Positions 9,986 to 20,733 are shown, counted from the stretch's first letter. The stretch is DNA of 64,000 bases from Clostridia bacterium (GCA_017502975.1 JAFVTV010000037.1:16576-80575); one strand, 5' to 3'. Translations and numbers: made by a program. Notes: generated from the letters alone by a model not told the origin.

Positions 9986-10924
9986 TTAAAGTTTTTCGGC
10001 TATGCGGAGTTTGGCGCTACGTGAGCGCGGATTTTCCGCAAGCTCGGCTTCACTCGGCAAAATTGGTTTTTTGGTGATCACCTTTACCGTCGGTTGATTG
10101 CCGCAAACGCAGATCGGCAAGCTCTTGGGGCATTTGCAGCCCTCAGCAAGCTCAGCAAAGGTTTGCTTTACAATGCGATCTTCAAGCGAATGGAAGGTGA
10201 TAACTGCCAACCGTCCACCCTTATTCATGCGTGAAATTGCACTTTTCAGCGCGGGGACAATGGCATCGAGTTCTCCGTTTACCTCAATGCGTATTGCCTG
10301 GAAGGAACGCTTAGCGGGGTGATGCCCGCCCTCACGTGCTGCCGCCGGCATTGCACTCTTAATGAGCTCGGATAACTCACGCGTGGTTGCAATCGGCGCT
10401 TGGGCTCTTTGCTCCACGATCTTTTTGGCGATACGGGCAGAAAACTTTTCCTCACCGTAGGTGAAAAGAATACGCTTTAGCTCCTCTTCCGAATAGGTGT
10501 TTACCACCGTATATGCAGTTTTTTCCGAGCGGCGATCCATTCGCATATCAAGCGGTGCATCCGCTTGGTAGGAAAAGCCGCGCTCAGCGGTGTCAAGCTG
10601 ATGAGAGGAAACGCCAAGATCAAGGAGCATACCGTCGATCTTATCAATTCCAAGTGCATCAAGCACGCTTGCCACCTCGGAAAAATTACTGCGATATACG
10701 GTTGCGCGCTCTGAAAAGGGGGAAAGTCGCGCTGTGGCGGCGGCGATTGCCGCCGCATCACGGTCAATGGCAATTAATTTTCCGTTTTTTAAGTGCTTTG
10801 CAATATGGAAGGAATGTCCACCACCGCCTGCGGTGCCGTCAACATAAATGCCGTTCTCGCGAATGGCAAGCCCTTCGATACATTCATCAAGTAATACTGA
10901 ACGGTGAGAAAACTCCTGTGACAT
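9986..10924 (-). CDS. rsmH: 16S rRNA m4C1402 methyltransferase
   Basis: [45 protein letters not shown]; start at ATG 10924. Confidence 0.97.
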   Translation of the reverse strand: MSQEFSHRSVLLDECIEGLAIRENGIYVDGTAGGGGHSFHIAKHLKNGKLIAIDRDAAAIAAATARLSPFSERATVYRSNFSEVASVLDALGIDKIDGMLLDLGVSSHQLDTAERGFSYQADAPLDMRMDRRSEKTAYTVVNTYSEEELKRILFTYGEEKFSARIAKKIVEQRAQAPIATTRELSELIKSAMPAAAREGGHHPAKRSFQAIRIEVNGELDAIVPALKSAISRMNKGGRLAVITFHSLEDRIVKQTFAELAEGCKCPKSLPICVCGNQPTVKVITKKPILPSEAELAENPRSRSAKLRIAEKL

Positions 10925-10925
10925 A

Positions 10926-11372
10926 TCAAAGCCCGCTTTCCTCAAGCGCGCGACGGATAGCATCTACATCTATGCTCGATACGCGTGCGTCGTAATTTTG
11001 CTCTGACCAGATCTCACCGAAATCACCGCATCCAACGATCACAAGGCTGCGATTGCTTCCCTCCTCTGCCTTAGGCGTAATGCCTGCAAATTCAAGAAGG
11101 CCGTTGGGGATCAGTACGCGCCCAAGAGAATCGGGCGTTACCTGTGCCGCATCACGGTAAAGAAACCAAAAGGTATCCTCCGCAACCTTACGCGGTAGCT
11201 TTTTCAGCGGCTCAATATATTCCTTCCACGCAGTGGCGGAATAAAAGCGAAGGCAGTTGCCGCGCACGCTGCGCACGATCATAAAATCCTCACCAAGCTC
11301 ATCGCGCAGCTTTGCGGGAACGGAAACGCGATTTTTTGCATCAAGTGAATGACGATATTCGCCGGATAACAT
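10926..11372 (-). CDS. mraZ: Division/cell wall transcriptional regulator MraZ
   Basis: [25 protein letters not shown]; ATG 11372 with GGAGG RBS. Confidence 0.93.
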   Translation of the reverse strand: MLSGEYRHSLDAKNRVSVPAKLRDELGEDFMIVRSVRGNCLRFYSATAWKEYIEPLKKLPRKVAEDTFWFLYRDAAQVTPDSLGRVLIPNGLLEFAGITPKAEEGSNRSLVIVGCGDFGEIWSEQNYDARVSSIDVDAIRRALEESGL

Positions 11373-11410
11373 ATTTGCGTTCCTCCTTCCCTTTTTGCGG
11401 TTTGGGCTTA

Positions 11411-11482
11411 ACATTTTATAACATTTTGCCCCATTTCTTGCCACTTGACTATATTATAAGATGTTTTTCACCCTTTTGTCAA
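11411..11482 (-). promoter_or_regulatory. dcw promoter with four MraZ-box-like repeats
   Basis: TTGACA(11482-11477)-18bp-TATAAT(11458-11453), then AAGTGG/AAATGG/AAATGT/AAATGT at exact 10-bp period (11446-11411). Confidence 0.8.
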
Positions 11483-11678
11483 CCCCTAAAAATAAATTTT
11501 TTTGCGTTTTTTTCATTTTTTTGCAAAAATATTGAAATTTTTATGAAAAATGTGTAAGCGGGTCTGTATCCTGCAGAAATTTCTACAAAAAACCGCCCCT
11601 TCCACTGTTTTACCAGCAGAAAAGGCGGTTTTCTTTTATTACATATTTTAAACACTGAAAGCAAGATTGCACTTGGTT

Positions 11679-12650
11679 TTATCCCCTGCAGCATTTCCCC
11701 TGCCATGTGTTTTCGGCAAAAAGCTTTTTATCAATGTCATTCAAAACGGTAAGTTTTTCCGTGCTCCAAAGAGGTGCCAAAAGTGTGGAAAGAGGTGCAT
11801 CGCCCGTCAGACGTCCTATCACGATATCGGGTGGGATCAGCTCAAGGCAGCGCACGACAAGTTCAACATATTCCTCTCGCGCAAGAGGGGTGTACTCGCC
11901 CGCAAGATATTGCTTTGCAAGCGGCGCATCTGATACTACATAAAGAAGATGCAGCTTGATCTCATCGGGATGCAGCGCCGCCACGCGGCGCACGGTATCG
12001 AGCATCATTTCATGCGTTTCGTTTGGCAACCCCAAGATCAGATGCACGCCGATACGTATGCGCGGCGCACGCGCACGTATCCTCTTGTAGGCTATAAGAA
12101 ATTTCTCAAAGGTATGCCCACGATTGATCAGCGCGGCTGTTCTGTCGTGCACGGTCTGAAGCCCGAGTTCAAGGGTAAGGACGGTGCGCTCCGACAACTC
12201 CTTAAGATAAGCAAGCACTTCCTCCGGCAAGCAATCGGCGCGCGTGGCAATATTAAGCCCCACGGCATCGGGAAGCGTCAGCGCCTCCTCAAAGAGTGCC
12301 CGTAATTTTTCAAGGGGTGCGTAGGTGTTGGTATGTGCTTGAAAATACGGAATGTAGCCTGTAATATCCCATTTGCGCTGCATCACCTCGCGTTGCGCGC
12401 GATATTGCTCCGTGACGGAAAGCGTTGCGGGCGCTGTAAAATGGCCGCTTCCGTTCCCCCCGCAATAAATGCACCCACCCATACCGCACGTGCCGTCAAT
12501 GTTTGGGCAGGTAAAGCCGCCGTCAAGCGTTAGTTTGGCAACCTTGCCGCCAAACGCGTGGCGCAAATAGTAGTCGTAGGTATGGTATCTTTTATTGCTG
12601 TCGGAATACAGAAACGGATTTGTCTTGGCTTGCGTTTGTTTATTTGTCAT
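11679..12650 (-). CDS. TIGR01212 family radical SAM protein (YhcC/YtqA-like)
   Basis: GFTCPNIDG..GCIYC, YFQAHTNTY, ELGLQT, INRGH, RLTGD. Confidence 0.9.
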   Translation of the reverse strand: MTNKQTQAKTNPFLYSDSNKRYHTYDYYLRHAFGGKVAKLTLDGGFTCPNIDGTCGMGGCIYCGGNGSGHFTAPATLSVTEQYRAQREVMQRKWDITGYIPYFQAHTNTYAPLEKLRALFEEALTLPDAVGLNIATRADCLPEEVLAYLKELSERTVLTLELGLQTVHDRTAALINRGHTFEKFLIAYKRIRARAPRIRIGVHLILGLPNETHEMMLDTVRRVAALHPDEIKLHLLYVVSDAPLAKQYLAGEYTPLAREEYVELVVRCLELIPPDIVIGRLTGDAPLSTLLAPLWSTEKLTVLNDIDKKLFAENTWQGKCCRG

Positions 12651-12678
12651 TGCTCTTTTTCCTATGTTATGGGATAAG

Positions 12679-12714
12679 ACTGAAAACCGTTCAAGTGATT
12701 GAACGGTTTTCAGT
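12679..12714. terminator. Perfect 16-bp stem hairpin after the GH2 gene
   Basis: actgaaaaccgttcaa-gtga-ttgaacggttttcagt. Confidence 0.65.
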
Positions 12715-12720
12715 GTGTTT

Positions 12721-14997
12721 TTATTTCTTGTTCTTGGGCTTCTTGATCTTATTGAGCTTACGGTTCATCTTGAGCAGCTCCTCTTTGGTAAAGGAGATGT
12801 TTGCCATTGCCACCATAGTAGTCAAGCGCAGCACGGTGAAGCCGCCCATCATTTCCATGATACCACCCGACTTAAAGTCGATGTCAAAGCCACCCGACTT
12901 TTTGCCGTCCTTTTCATCCTTCTTGCTTTGGTTCATCTTCTTATAAAGCTTAAGCCCAAGACCGTAGAACCAAAGCTTACCGCGCTTCGATTTCATGATG
13001 TCAGCAAGCTTGTCGTTAAGAGAAAAGCGGCCCTCGGGCGCCTCCACGTCAAACCAGTTGAGCACGGCGCCCTTTTCAACAAGAACGTAATCCATGTTCA
13101 TCTCGTCAACCTTGCGGATCACACCCTCGTCGGTGTATTCCCCTGCTTTAGCCACGATCTTGGTTTCGCCCTCGTTTTTAACGTCAAAATAGAAGAAGTG
13201 ATCGGGTGCTTCCTTCACGCCAATGCTCTCGCCGTTAACAAAAAGTTCAACGGCAGGCAGATTGGAGTAAACGGTAACCTTAGTGACATCCTCAACGCGG
13301 TCAATATATCTCTTGCCGCAAAGGTGTACGAAGGGCGCCTCCTCGGGAGAACGAAGCCATGCCTTGTAAGCATAGAAGGAATCCTTCTTATACTTACGAT
13401 CCATTGTGATAAGACCCTTGTGGTTCTGACCGTTCTCACCGCCCTCGGCTCTTGCGTCTGCACCGAAGTCAAACATATTCCATACATGGGTTGCCCACAT
13501 GTATTTTCTTGTAAAGAGCTGCTTAATGAGCTCCTCATGGTAGTAGGCCTGATATTCCTCGGTATAGTCACCCTGACGGGGATCGGAGGTGTGCCAATTC
13601 AGTGCCTCACAGCCATACTCCGAGCAACCGATCGGAATGGTGGGGTGCATTGCGTGGAACTTATCAAACCAAGGGCCATTCATCGTCGTGTCGCCACCGT
13701 ACCAACCGAAATAGTGATTGTAGGATACAACGTCAGGGATCTGAAGATACGGGTCGTCCATCTTACACATGGAAACTGCCGCGATGGTAGTCTTACGTGT
13801 CTTGTCCATCTCGTGAACAAGGTCGTTAAGAATACGGTGATTTTCAAGGAGATCCTCATCAGAGCCCGCAATCGAGATCTCGTTAGAAAGACCCCAAACA
13901 ACGATCGAGGGATGGTTGTAGTTCTGAACAATCAGTTCCTTCATCTGGGAGATCGTGTTCTCACGGCCGCCCGGCATATGTCTTGAAATATAAGGGATCT
14001 CAGCCCAAATGACAAGACCTCTTTCATCACACAGATCGTAAAAATACTGATCGTGCTGGTAATGTGCCAAACGAATGGTGGTTGCACCCATCTCACAGAT
14101 CAGGTCCATATCCTCCTTGTGATGCTCGGGGAGCAACGCGTTACCAATGCCAAGGCGATCCTGGTGACGGGATACACCGCGCAAGGGGTACTCCTCCCCG
14201 TTGAGGATAAAGCCATTATCGGGATCGATCTGAAAGGTGCGGCAGCCAAAGCGCGTGTAAACACTGTCAATGACAGTGTCACCCTCCTTAAGTTCTACCT
14301 CACAGCAGTAAAGATAGGGGTCCTTGAGGCCGTGCCACAAATGAACGTCTGCAATATCAAGAGCTGTCTTGGTATCAGCGGTGGTCGCAGTGGAAACAAC
14401 GTTTTCCTCTTTGTCGTAAAGCGTATAGGTAAGGGTCTGCCCTTCCTTCATATTTGTAAGGTACACCTCAACCCCAACCTTTGCGTCCTTACCTACGATC
14501 TCGGGCGTTACCTTGATGCCGGGTCCACCGTAATAGCTGAGATCAAAGTGCGATTCCGCAACGCAAATGAGGTTGACGTCACGGTAAATACCGCCGTAAA
14601 AGGTGAAATCCGCCATTTGCGGGTAAACGGTTTCGTTGGGCGCGTTATCCACGGCAATAACAAGCAGGTTCTCCTCGGTGAGCGCGTCAGTCAGATCCAC
14701 GCGCCAAGTAGAATAGCCGCCGTCATGATGTGCAAGCGCCTTGCCGTTTACATACACATCGGCAGAGGAGTTTGCGCCGCGGATCTCAAGAAAATATTTT
14801 GCCGCCGCAGGCAGGTCAGCCTTCTTCAGTGTTTTTTTGTAAAGGCAGGTGCCGCGGAAGTAGTCATTGCCACCATCCTGACCGTCAGTGGCGTTCCAGG
14901 AATGGGGGAGATTGACAGCCTCACCGCCCTGTGCCGAAATATTGCTCTCATCTTTGATAAAGAGCCAATCCTTGTTAAGATTAAGAACATTTCTCAT
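12721..14997 (-). CDS. GH2 glycoside hydrolase, probable beta-glucuronidase
   Basis: GVSRHQD, RLAHY, WGLSNE (acid/base), SEYG (nucleophile), NHKG (GUS-type NxKG); adjacent to uxuAB. Confidence 0.85.
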   Translation of the reverse strand: MRNVLNLNKDWLFIKDESNISAQGGEAVNLPHSWNATDGQDGGNDYFRGTCLYKKTLKKADLPAAAKYFLEIRGANSSADVYVNGKALAHHDGGYSTWRVDLTDALTEENLLVIAVDNAPNETVYPQMADFTFYGGIYRDVNLICVAESHFDLSYYGGPGIKVTPEIVGKDAKVGVEVYLTNMKEGQTLTYTLYDKEENVVSTATTADTKTALDIADVHLWHGLKDPYLYCCEVELKEGDTVIDSVYTRFGCRTFQIDPDNGFILNGEEYPLRGVSRHQDRLGIGNALLPEHHKEDMDLICEMGATTIRLAHYQHDQYFYDLCDERGLVIWAEIPYISRHMPGGRENTISQMKELIVQNYNHPSIVVWGLSNEISIAGSDEDLLENHRILNDLVHEMDKTRKTTIAAVSMCKMDDPYLQIPDVVSYNHYFGWYGGDTTMNGPWFDKFHAMHPTIPIGCSEYGCEALNWHTSDPRQGDYTEEYQAYYHEELIKQLFTRKYMWATHVWNMFDFGADARAEGGENGQNHKGLITMDRKYKKDSFYAYKAWLRSPEEAPFVHLCGKRYIDRVEDVTKVTVYSNLPAVELFVNGESIGVKEAPDHFFYFDVKNEGETKIVAKAGEYTDEGVIRKVDEMNMDYVLVEKGAVLNWFDVEAPEGRFSLNDKLADIMKSKRGKLWFYGLGLKLYKKMNQSKKDEKDGKKSGGFDIDFKSGGIMEMMGGFTVLRLTTMVAMANISFTKEELLKMNRKLNKIKKPKNKK

Positions 14998-15032
14998 ATC
15001 GTTTCTCCTTTATTTGGGGTAGATTTCTCAAA

Positions 15033-15062
15033 AAGACGTCTGACCTTGAAGCCAGACGTCTT
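15033..15062. other. Intercistronic hairpin
   Basis: aagacgtctg...cagacgtctt inverted repeat. Confidence 0.5.
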
Positions 15063-15076
15063 AAAGCGTCAAGGAA

Positions 15077-16648
15077 TTATTCCTCAGCGGATTTTCTTGC
15101 AGCAAGCTCCGCATTCATTTGCGTCAGTGTCTTCTTGTCAAGATTGTAGATAACGGAAAGGCCCACAAATTGAAGCACTGCGCTAAAGAGGTAAAGACCT
15201 GCTACAAGCCAGCACATATTGTGCGCGGTTTCGGCACTCTGGCCGATGGTGCCGAGCTTGGAAACGTAACCGAGCGCGCCCATCAAAAGCAGTACCACAG
15301 AGGGGCCGATGCCCTGCGCGAGCTTACGGAAGAAGGAGTGCAGAGAGTAAACCGTTCCCTCCTCACGCGTACCAAACTTCCATTCGTTATAGTCAATCGC
15401 ATCGCCCATCATTGCCCAGGATACACAGGTGTAAACACCCATGCCAACACCGTAAACAACAAGACCGAGCAGGTAAACGACGAGTGCCAGTATTGTAGAT
15501 TTAATAAGGGGGAAGATCAGCATAATGCCGCCGCCGATGAGCGACACAACAGTACCAAACACGGAAGCCTCTTTTTTACCGTATTTTTCAACGATCTTCG
15601 TGATGAAGGGCATAAACAGGAACATCGGCAAAAATCCGATCATCTGTACAAGACCCGAAAGCGAAGCCATGTTGAAATACGTGGCGAACATAATGGTGTT
15701 CGCGGTGGTAGCGGCATTCATACCAAGGAACATACCCATAGCGGCAAGCGTTGCGCCAACGGCAGGGCGGTTTCTCATAAATTTGCCAAAGGCCGCAAAC
15801 ACGTTAAATTTCTCGCGCTTTTCAGTCGTCTTTACAGAGCTTTCATCCACACGAACGGTAATGTTTTTCAACATAAACATAAATGCGAGGAAGCCGAGCA
15901 CACCCATAATAAGAGCTGCAAAGAACACACGCTCGCCAAGCAGGATCTCCACCTGCTTGCCTGTGGTGGGGCTGAGCACCTTATCACCAATCTGATAAGG
16001 CAGACCCGTTTCGGGGTTGGTGAGGAACTGTGCCCTATCCACGCCCTCGGGGATCTCAATGCGGTCAAGGAAGGAGGAGGTGCCATCGTAGGTCACCTTT
16101 TTCCAAATCAGCATCGGCAGCAAAACACTGGGCAGAATGTTACCGATCATAGAGCCGATCGAGCGCCAGGTAGAGAGTTGTGCGCGCTGACCAATGTCAT
16201 CGGTCACGATAGAAAGCATAGAGCCGTAGGGCACGTTTGCGATCGTATAAAAGGCATCCCAAACAATGTAGCCGATAATAAAGAGCATTGCCTTTATAAT
16301 CTTGGGCGCATTCGGGAAAGGCAGGAAGACTGCCGCACCGCCGATAAGAAGCCCGCACGCACCGATAAAGATATAGGTCTTGAACTTACCGTTGCGGTAG
16401 TTTCTCTTATCGTTGTCAATCAGCGTGCCAATAAGGGGGTCGTTGATGGCGTCCCAAATCTGCACCACAAGAAGCAGTGCGGAGAGCAAGCCTGTTTCCA
16501 GCATCATGAAAACCAGCCAGAAGGTTTGCACAGTACCCTTCAGAGAAAAGCTCATGTTACAGCCGAGGTCGCCTGCGGCATATGCTACCTTGTCCCGTAT
16601 TCCAAACAAGGGCTTGCCGTTTTGATCAAGTTGTCTTTCCTTTTTCAT
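15077..16648 (-). CDS. MFS glycoside-pentoside-hexuronide (GPH; UidB/MelB-like) symporter
   Basis: YAAGDLG, WDAINDPLIG, NVPYGSM, DAIDYNEW..G.REEG. Confidence 0.9.
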   Translation of the reverse strand: MKKERQLDQNGKPLFGIRDKVAYAAGDLGCNMSFSLKGTVQTFWLVFMMLETGLLSALLLVVQIWDAINDPLIGTLIDNDKRNYRNGKFKTYIFIGACGLLIGGAAVFLPFPNAPKIIKAMLFIIGYIVWDAFYTIANVPYGSMLSIVTDDIGQRAQLSTWRSIGSMIGNILPSVLLPMLIWKKVTYDGTSSFLDRIEIPEGVDRAQFLTNPETGLPYQIGDKVLSPTTGKQVEILLGERVFFAALIMGVLGFLAFMFMLKNITVRVDESSVKTTEKREKFNVFAAFGKFMRNRPAVGATLAAMGMFLGMNAATTANTIMFATYFNMASLSGLVQMIGFLPMFLFMPFITKIVEKYGKKEASVFGTVVSLIGGGIMLIFPLIKSTILALVVYLLGLVVYGVGMGVYTCVSWAMMGDAIDYNEWKFGTREEGTVYSLHSFFRKLAQGIGPSVVLLLMGALGYVSKLGTIGQSAETAHNMCWLVAGLYLFSAVLQFVGLSVIYNLDKKTLTQMNAELAARKSAEE

Positions 16649-16967
16649 ACGTTTTCCTCTTTCTTTATATTTAATTTTTAAAATATTATTAAAAAATATA
16701 AAAAATATAAATTAGATATTGAAATTTTCAAAAAATGTGCTAAAATATATTAAGGCAACAAAGGAACACGGCCTCTATTTCTACTATAAAGTATTTCGCA
16801 AAACTTCGTGAGTATTATTTTAATTTATTTTTGTATTTTTTTCATCTATTTGTACTTTTTCCTGTTGTAATTATACAAAAACTGTGTTATAGTAGTATTG
16901 GCGGTTAGGGAAATTGCAACATTTTCCAAATTTGCTCTTCCCTGCCGAAATGTTTTTTTGATGAGGT

Positions 16968-18206
16968 GTGCATATGTTTTATGAAAACGAACTGCAATTC
17001 CTTTGCGACACCTTTCAGAAGTGCCACGTAAAAACAGCGATTTTACCCTCTGAGGAATTGCGGAGTTCGCTCACGCACACCGACCTTGGCACGCTTTTTG
17101 GCAAGGCTACGCCCGATCGCGTCTTTATATCGAGCGCCGTCGAAAACATTTCCCCCCGCACGATGTATAAGTTAACCGATTACTTTCAACTTTGCTATAT
17201 TTATTTTCTGTTGCCCGATTTTCCAAGATCGACCGTTTTGCTGATCGGCCCTTATCTCCCGTCAACCCCCTCTCCCGGTGCGGTGCTTGAGATCGGAGAG
17301 CAAAACGGTGTATCCCCGAAAAGTCAACGCTATCTTGATGAGTATTTTGCAGGATTGCCCATTCTTAAGCAAAACAGTCACCTGTTTCTTATGCTAAACA
17401 CTTTTTGCGAGCGGATATGGAAGAATCCTTCCTTTTCTATAGTAGACGTAAACAACGAGCATCAATCGCCTGCCTCACCCATAAGCGAATCTTCCCACAG
17501 CGATAATTTTGATGATGTTTTGGTAAGCATGAAGGCTATGGAAAACCGTTACAGCTTTGAAAACGAGTTGATGCGAGCAGTCACCCTCGGGCAAATCCAC
17601 AAGGAGAGCATGCTACAGGCCACCTTTTCCGATCATTTTTTTGAAAAGCGCACACCCGACCCGTTGCGCAATGCAAAAAATTACAGCATTATTATGAACA
17701 CGCTGCTGCGCAAGGCGGCAGAAGCCGGGGGCGTGCACCCCATGTATCTGAACAATGTTTCCTCAGATTTTGCGTTAAGGATCGAGCAGCTTTATTCTCA
17801 ATCGCAAACTGCGGGGCTGATGCGGGAAATGTTTCGCTCCTATTGCAGATTGGTGCGCAAGCATTCGACCAACAAATATTCCCGTGTGGTACAAAAAACC
17901 ATTTTACTTGTTGATTCCGATCTTTCAGCCAATCTCTCGCTTGCATCCCTTGCGGCCGTTCAGAGCATCAGCCCCGGATACCTTTCTACCGTTTTTAAAA
18001 AAGAAACCGGCAAAACCGTTTCTCAATATATTCGCGAAAAGCGCATCAACCACGCAGCACACCTGCTTAGCACCACACACCTGCAAATACAAACGGTTGC
18101 GCTTCATTGCGGCATTATGGACGTGCAGTATTTCTCAAAGATTTTCAAAATGCAAACAGGAAAAACACCAAAGGAATACCGCGAAGCCATAAAGCACACA
18201 CAATAA
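16968..18206 (+). CDS. AraC-family transcriptional regulator
   Basis: C-terminal double HTH (YLSTVFKKETG...YFSKIFK..TGKTPKEYR). Confidence 0.9.
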   Translation: MHMFYENELQFLCDTFQKCHVKTAILPSEELRSSLTHTDLGTLFGKATPDRVFISSAVENISPRTMYKLTDYFQLCYIYFLLPDFPRSTVLLIGPYLPSTPSPGAVLEIGEQNGVSPKSQRYLDEYFAGLPILKQNSHLFLMLNTFCERIWKNPSFSIVDVNNEHQSPASPISESSHSDNFDDVLVSMKAMENRYSFENELMRAVTLGQIHKESMLQATFSDHFFEKRTPDPLRNAKNYSIIMNTLLRKAAEAGGVHPMYLNNVSSDFALRIEQLYSQSQTAGLMREMFRSYCRLVRKHSTNKYSRVVQKTILLVDSDLSANLSLASLAAVQSISPGYLSTVFKKETGKTVSQYIREKRINHAAHLLSTTHLQIQTVALHCGIMDVQYFSKIFKMQTGKTPKEYREAIKHTQ

Positions 18207-18241
18207 TAATGTAAAATCAAAATCCCGGAGGATAATAACAT

Positions 18242-19294
18242 ATGAACATGAAGCTTTCTTTCCGCTGGTACGGCAAGGATGACCCGATCTCCCTGCAGTA
18301 CATTTCTCAGATTCCCGGCATGCGCTCGATCGTATCCGCGGTTTACGACGTAAAGCCCGGCGAGGTTTGGCCTGAGGAGAGCCTGCAGAAAATGAAAGAG
18401 GAATGTGAGGCAAACGGTCTTGTATTTGACGTTGTCGAGTCCATTCCCGTACATGAGGACATCAAGCTTGGCCGCGGTGACGTGGATCACCTGCTTGACG
18501 TGTACTGCGAAAACGTACGCAGATGCGCCAAATACGGTGTAAAGTGTGTAACCTACAACTTTATGCCCGTGTTTGACTGGACGCGTACACAGCTTGACAA
18601 GCCTGCCGCTGACGGCTCTACCAGCCTTGTTATGTACTGGGATCAGATGCGCGGCCTTGACCCCTTGAAGGATGACATTCACCTGCCCGGCTGGGATGCA
18701 AGCTACACCCAAGACGAGGTACGCGAGCTGATCACCGCCTATGGCGAGCTTGGCGAAGAGGGCCTTTGGAAGAACATTGAGAAATTCCTCAAAAAGGTCA
18801 TTCCCGTTGCCGAGGAGTGCGGCGTGAAAATGGCGATTCACCCCGATGACCCGCCATACCCGATCTTTGGTCTTCCCCGCATTATCACAAATGAAGAAAA
18901 TCTTGACCGCTTCCTTTCCCTTGTGGACAGCCCCTCGAACTGCCTGTGCCTGTGCACCGGTAGCCTTGGTTGTGCCGCAAGCAACGATATCCCCGCTATG
19001 GTCGAGAAATATGTCAAGATGGACCGCATCGCCTTTATGCACATCCGTAACGTAAAGATCATGGATGACGGCTCGTTTGAGGAAAGAGCGCACCTGTCTT
19101 CCTGCGGATCGCTTGACGTTTACGACATTGTAAAGAAGCTTGCTGAGAACGGCTTTGACGGCTATGTTCGTCCCGACCACGGCAGAATGATCTGGGGCGA
19201 AACGGGTAAGCCCGGCTACGGCTTGTTTGACAGAGCTCTTGGTGCTACCTACATCAACGGCTTGTTTGAAGCTTGCGAAAAATCGCTGAAATAA
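18242..19294 (+). CDS. uxuA: Mannonate dehydratase
   Basis: FRWYG, ESIPVHEDIK, YNFMPVFDWTRT, HPDDP, RPDHGR. Confidence 0.97.
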   Translation: MNMKLSFRWYGKDDPISLQYISQIPGMRSIVSAVYDVKPGEVWPEESLQKMKEECEANGLVFDVVESIPVHEDIKLGRGDVDHLLDVYCENVRRCAKYGVKCVTYNFMPVFDWTRTQLDKPAADGSTSLVMYWDQMRGLDPLKDDIHLPGWDASYTQDEVRELITAYGELGEEGLWKNIEKFLKKVIPVAEECGVKMAIHPDDPPYPIFGLPRIITNEENLDRFLSLVDSPSNCLCLCTGSLGCAASNDIPAMVEKYVKMDRIAFMHIRNVKIMDDGSFEERAHLSSCGSLDVYDIVKKLAENGFDGYVRPDHGRMIWGETGKPGYGLFDRALGATYINGLFEACEKSLK

Positions 19295-19322
19295 AATTTA
19301 ATATTATATAAGGAGAACTGCA

Positions 19323-20174
19323 ATGAACAAAAATGTTTTAAGCACGGATCTTTCCGGTAAGGTAGCGGTCGTTACCGGTGCCGGCGGTGTGCTTTGCAGC
19401 AACTTTGCAAAGGTGTTGGCAAGAGCGGGCGCGCGCGTAGCGTTGCTTGATCTTAATGCGGAAGCGGCTGACGCATATGCAAAGGAGATCGTAGCTGAGG
19501 GTGGCATTGCCAAGGCTTATGCCTGCAACGTACTCAAAAAGGACGTTTGCATGGAGGTAGCTGCACAGGTTATGGCAGATCTTGGTCCCTGCGACATTCT
19601 TGTAAACGGTGCGGGCGGCAACAATCCGCGCGCTACCACCGACAAGGAGTATTTTGAGATCGGTGACATTGATGCCGACACCAAGAGCTTCTTTGATCTC
19701 GATGCTGACGGCGTTGGATTTGTGTTTAACCTCAACTTCCTCGGCACGCTCATCCCCACGCAGGCATTTGCCGCACAGATGGTTGGCAGAGAGGGCTGCT
19801 CCATTCTCAACATTTCCTCGATGAATGCGTACACCCCCTTAACCAAGATCCCCGCATACTCGGGCGCTAAGGCTGCTATTTCCAACTTCACGCAATGGCT
19901 TGCCGTACACTTTTCAAAGGTAGGCATCCGCGTAAACGCCATTGCCCCCGGCTTCTTCTCCACGCAGCAAAACGCAAAGCTCCTCTTTAATGAGGACGGC
20001 ACCCCCACAGCACGCACAGGCAAGATCCTTGCCGCAACCCCCATGGGCCGCTTCGGTGAAACCGAGGAGCTTGAGGGCGGACTTCTCTTCCTGCTTGACA
20101 ACAAGGCAGCAGGCTTTATCACGGGCGTTGTTCTGCCCGTAGACGGCGGTTTTTCCGCTTATTCAGGAGTGTAA
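19323..20174 (+). CDS. uxuB: D-mannonate oxidoreductase (SDR type)
   Basis: TGAGGVL, NGAGGN, PLTKIPAYSGAKAA; follows uxuA. Confidence 0.85.
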   Translation: MNKNVLSTDLSGKVAVVTGAGGVLCSNFAKVLARAGARVALLDLNAEAADAYAKEIVAEGGIAKAYACNVLKKDVCMEVAAQVMADLGPCDILVNGAGGNNPRATTDKEYFEIGDIDADTKSFFDLDADGVGFVFNLNFLGTLIPTQAFAAQMVGREGCSILNISSMNAYTPLTKIPAYSGAKAAISNFTQWLAVHFSKVGIRVNAIAPGFFSTQQNAKLLFNEDGTPTARTGKILAATPMGRFGETEELEGGLLFLLDNKAAGFITGVVLPVDGGFSAYSGV

Positions 20175-20178
20175 TATT

Positions 20179-20733
20179 ATGGAAAAGTTTATCCCAGTTG
20201 TAGTAATCAAAGAGATCGGTGAAACCGACAAGATCTTGAAGGCGCTCAAAAACAACGGCATCAACTGTGCCGAGATCACCTTCCGTACCGCTTGTGCGGC
20301 AGAAGCAATTGCCTATGCGGCAAAGAACTACCCCGATATGGAGATCGGTGCAGGCACCGTTATCAACGCGGCGCAGTGTGAGCAGGCACTTGCCGCAGGT
20401 GCTACCTTTATCGTATCTCCCGGTCTTTCTCCCGATGTTGCAAAAATCTGCAACGCGAGAAATATTCCCTACTACCCCGGATGCGTTACCCCCACCGAGA
20501 TCATGGCAGCTCTTGAGCTTGGCATTACCACCGTTAAATTCTTCCCTGCAAACGTTTACGGCGGCCTCAAGGCTCTTAAAGCGCTCTCCGCTCCCTTCCC
20601 GCAGGTAAAGTTTATCCCCACGGGCGGCGTTGACAGAAGTAATATTGATGAGTTCCTCGCTTTCGATAAGATCGCGGCGATCGGCGGCAGCTTCTTTGTA
20701 AAAGAGTCCCTTGACAAAATGGAAAACGCTTAG
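20179..20733 (+). CDS. eda: KDPG/KHG aldolase
   Basis: EITFRT, GAGTV, FIVSPG, KFFPA, PTGGV. Confidence 0.93.
   Translation: MEKFIPVVVIKEIGETDKILKALKNNGINCAEITFRTACAAEAIAYAAKNYPDMEIGAGTVINAAQCEQALAAGATFIVSPGLSPDVAKICNARNIPYYPGCVTPTEIMAALELGITTVKFFPANVYGGLKALKALSAPFPQVKFIPTGGVDRSNIDEFLAFDKIAAIGGSFFVKESLDKMENA

Noticed and set aside
15119-16681. Long antisense ORFs (520 aa here; also 12715-13986, 14053-15153, 18104-19180, 20992-22206, 59688-60764)
   Set aside because: They are shadows of codon-biased real genes on the opposite strand, with no recognisable motifs or RBS.
16650-16960. AT-rich spacer with TTGAAATTTTCAA palindrome as a possible ncRNA or foreign DNA
   Set aside because: It is consistent with ordinary divergent promoters and an operator; nothing further is supportable.
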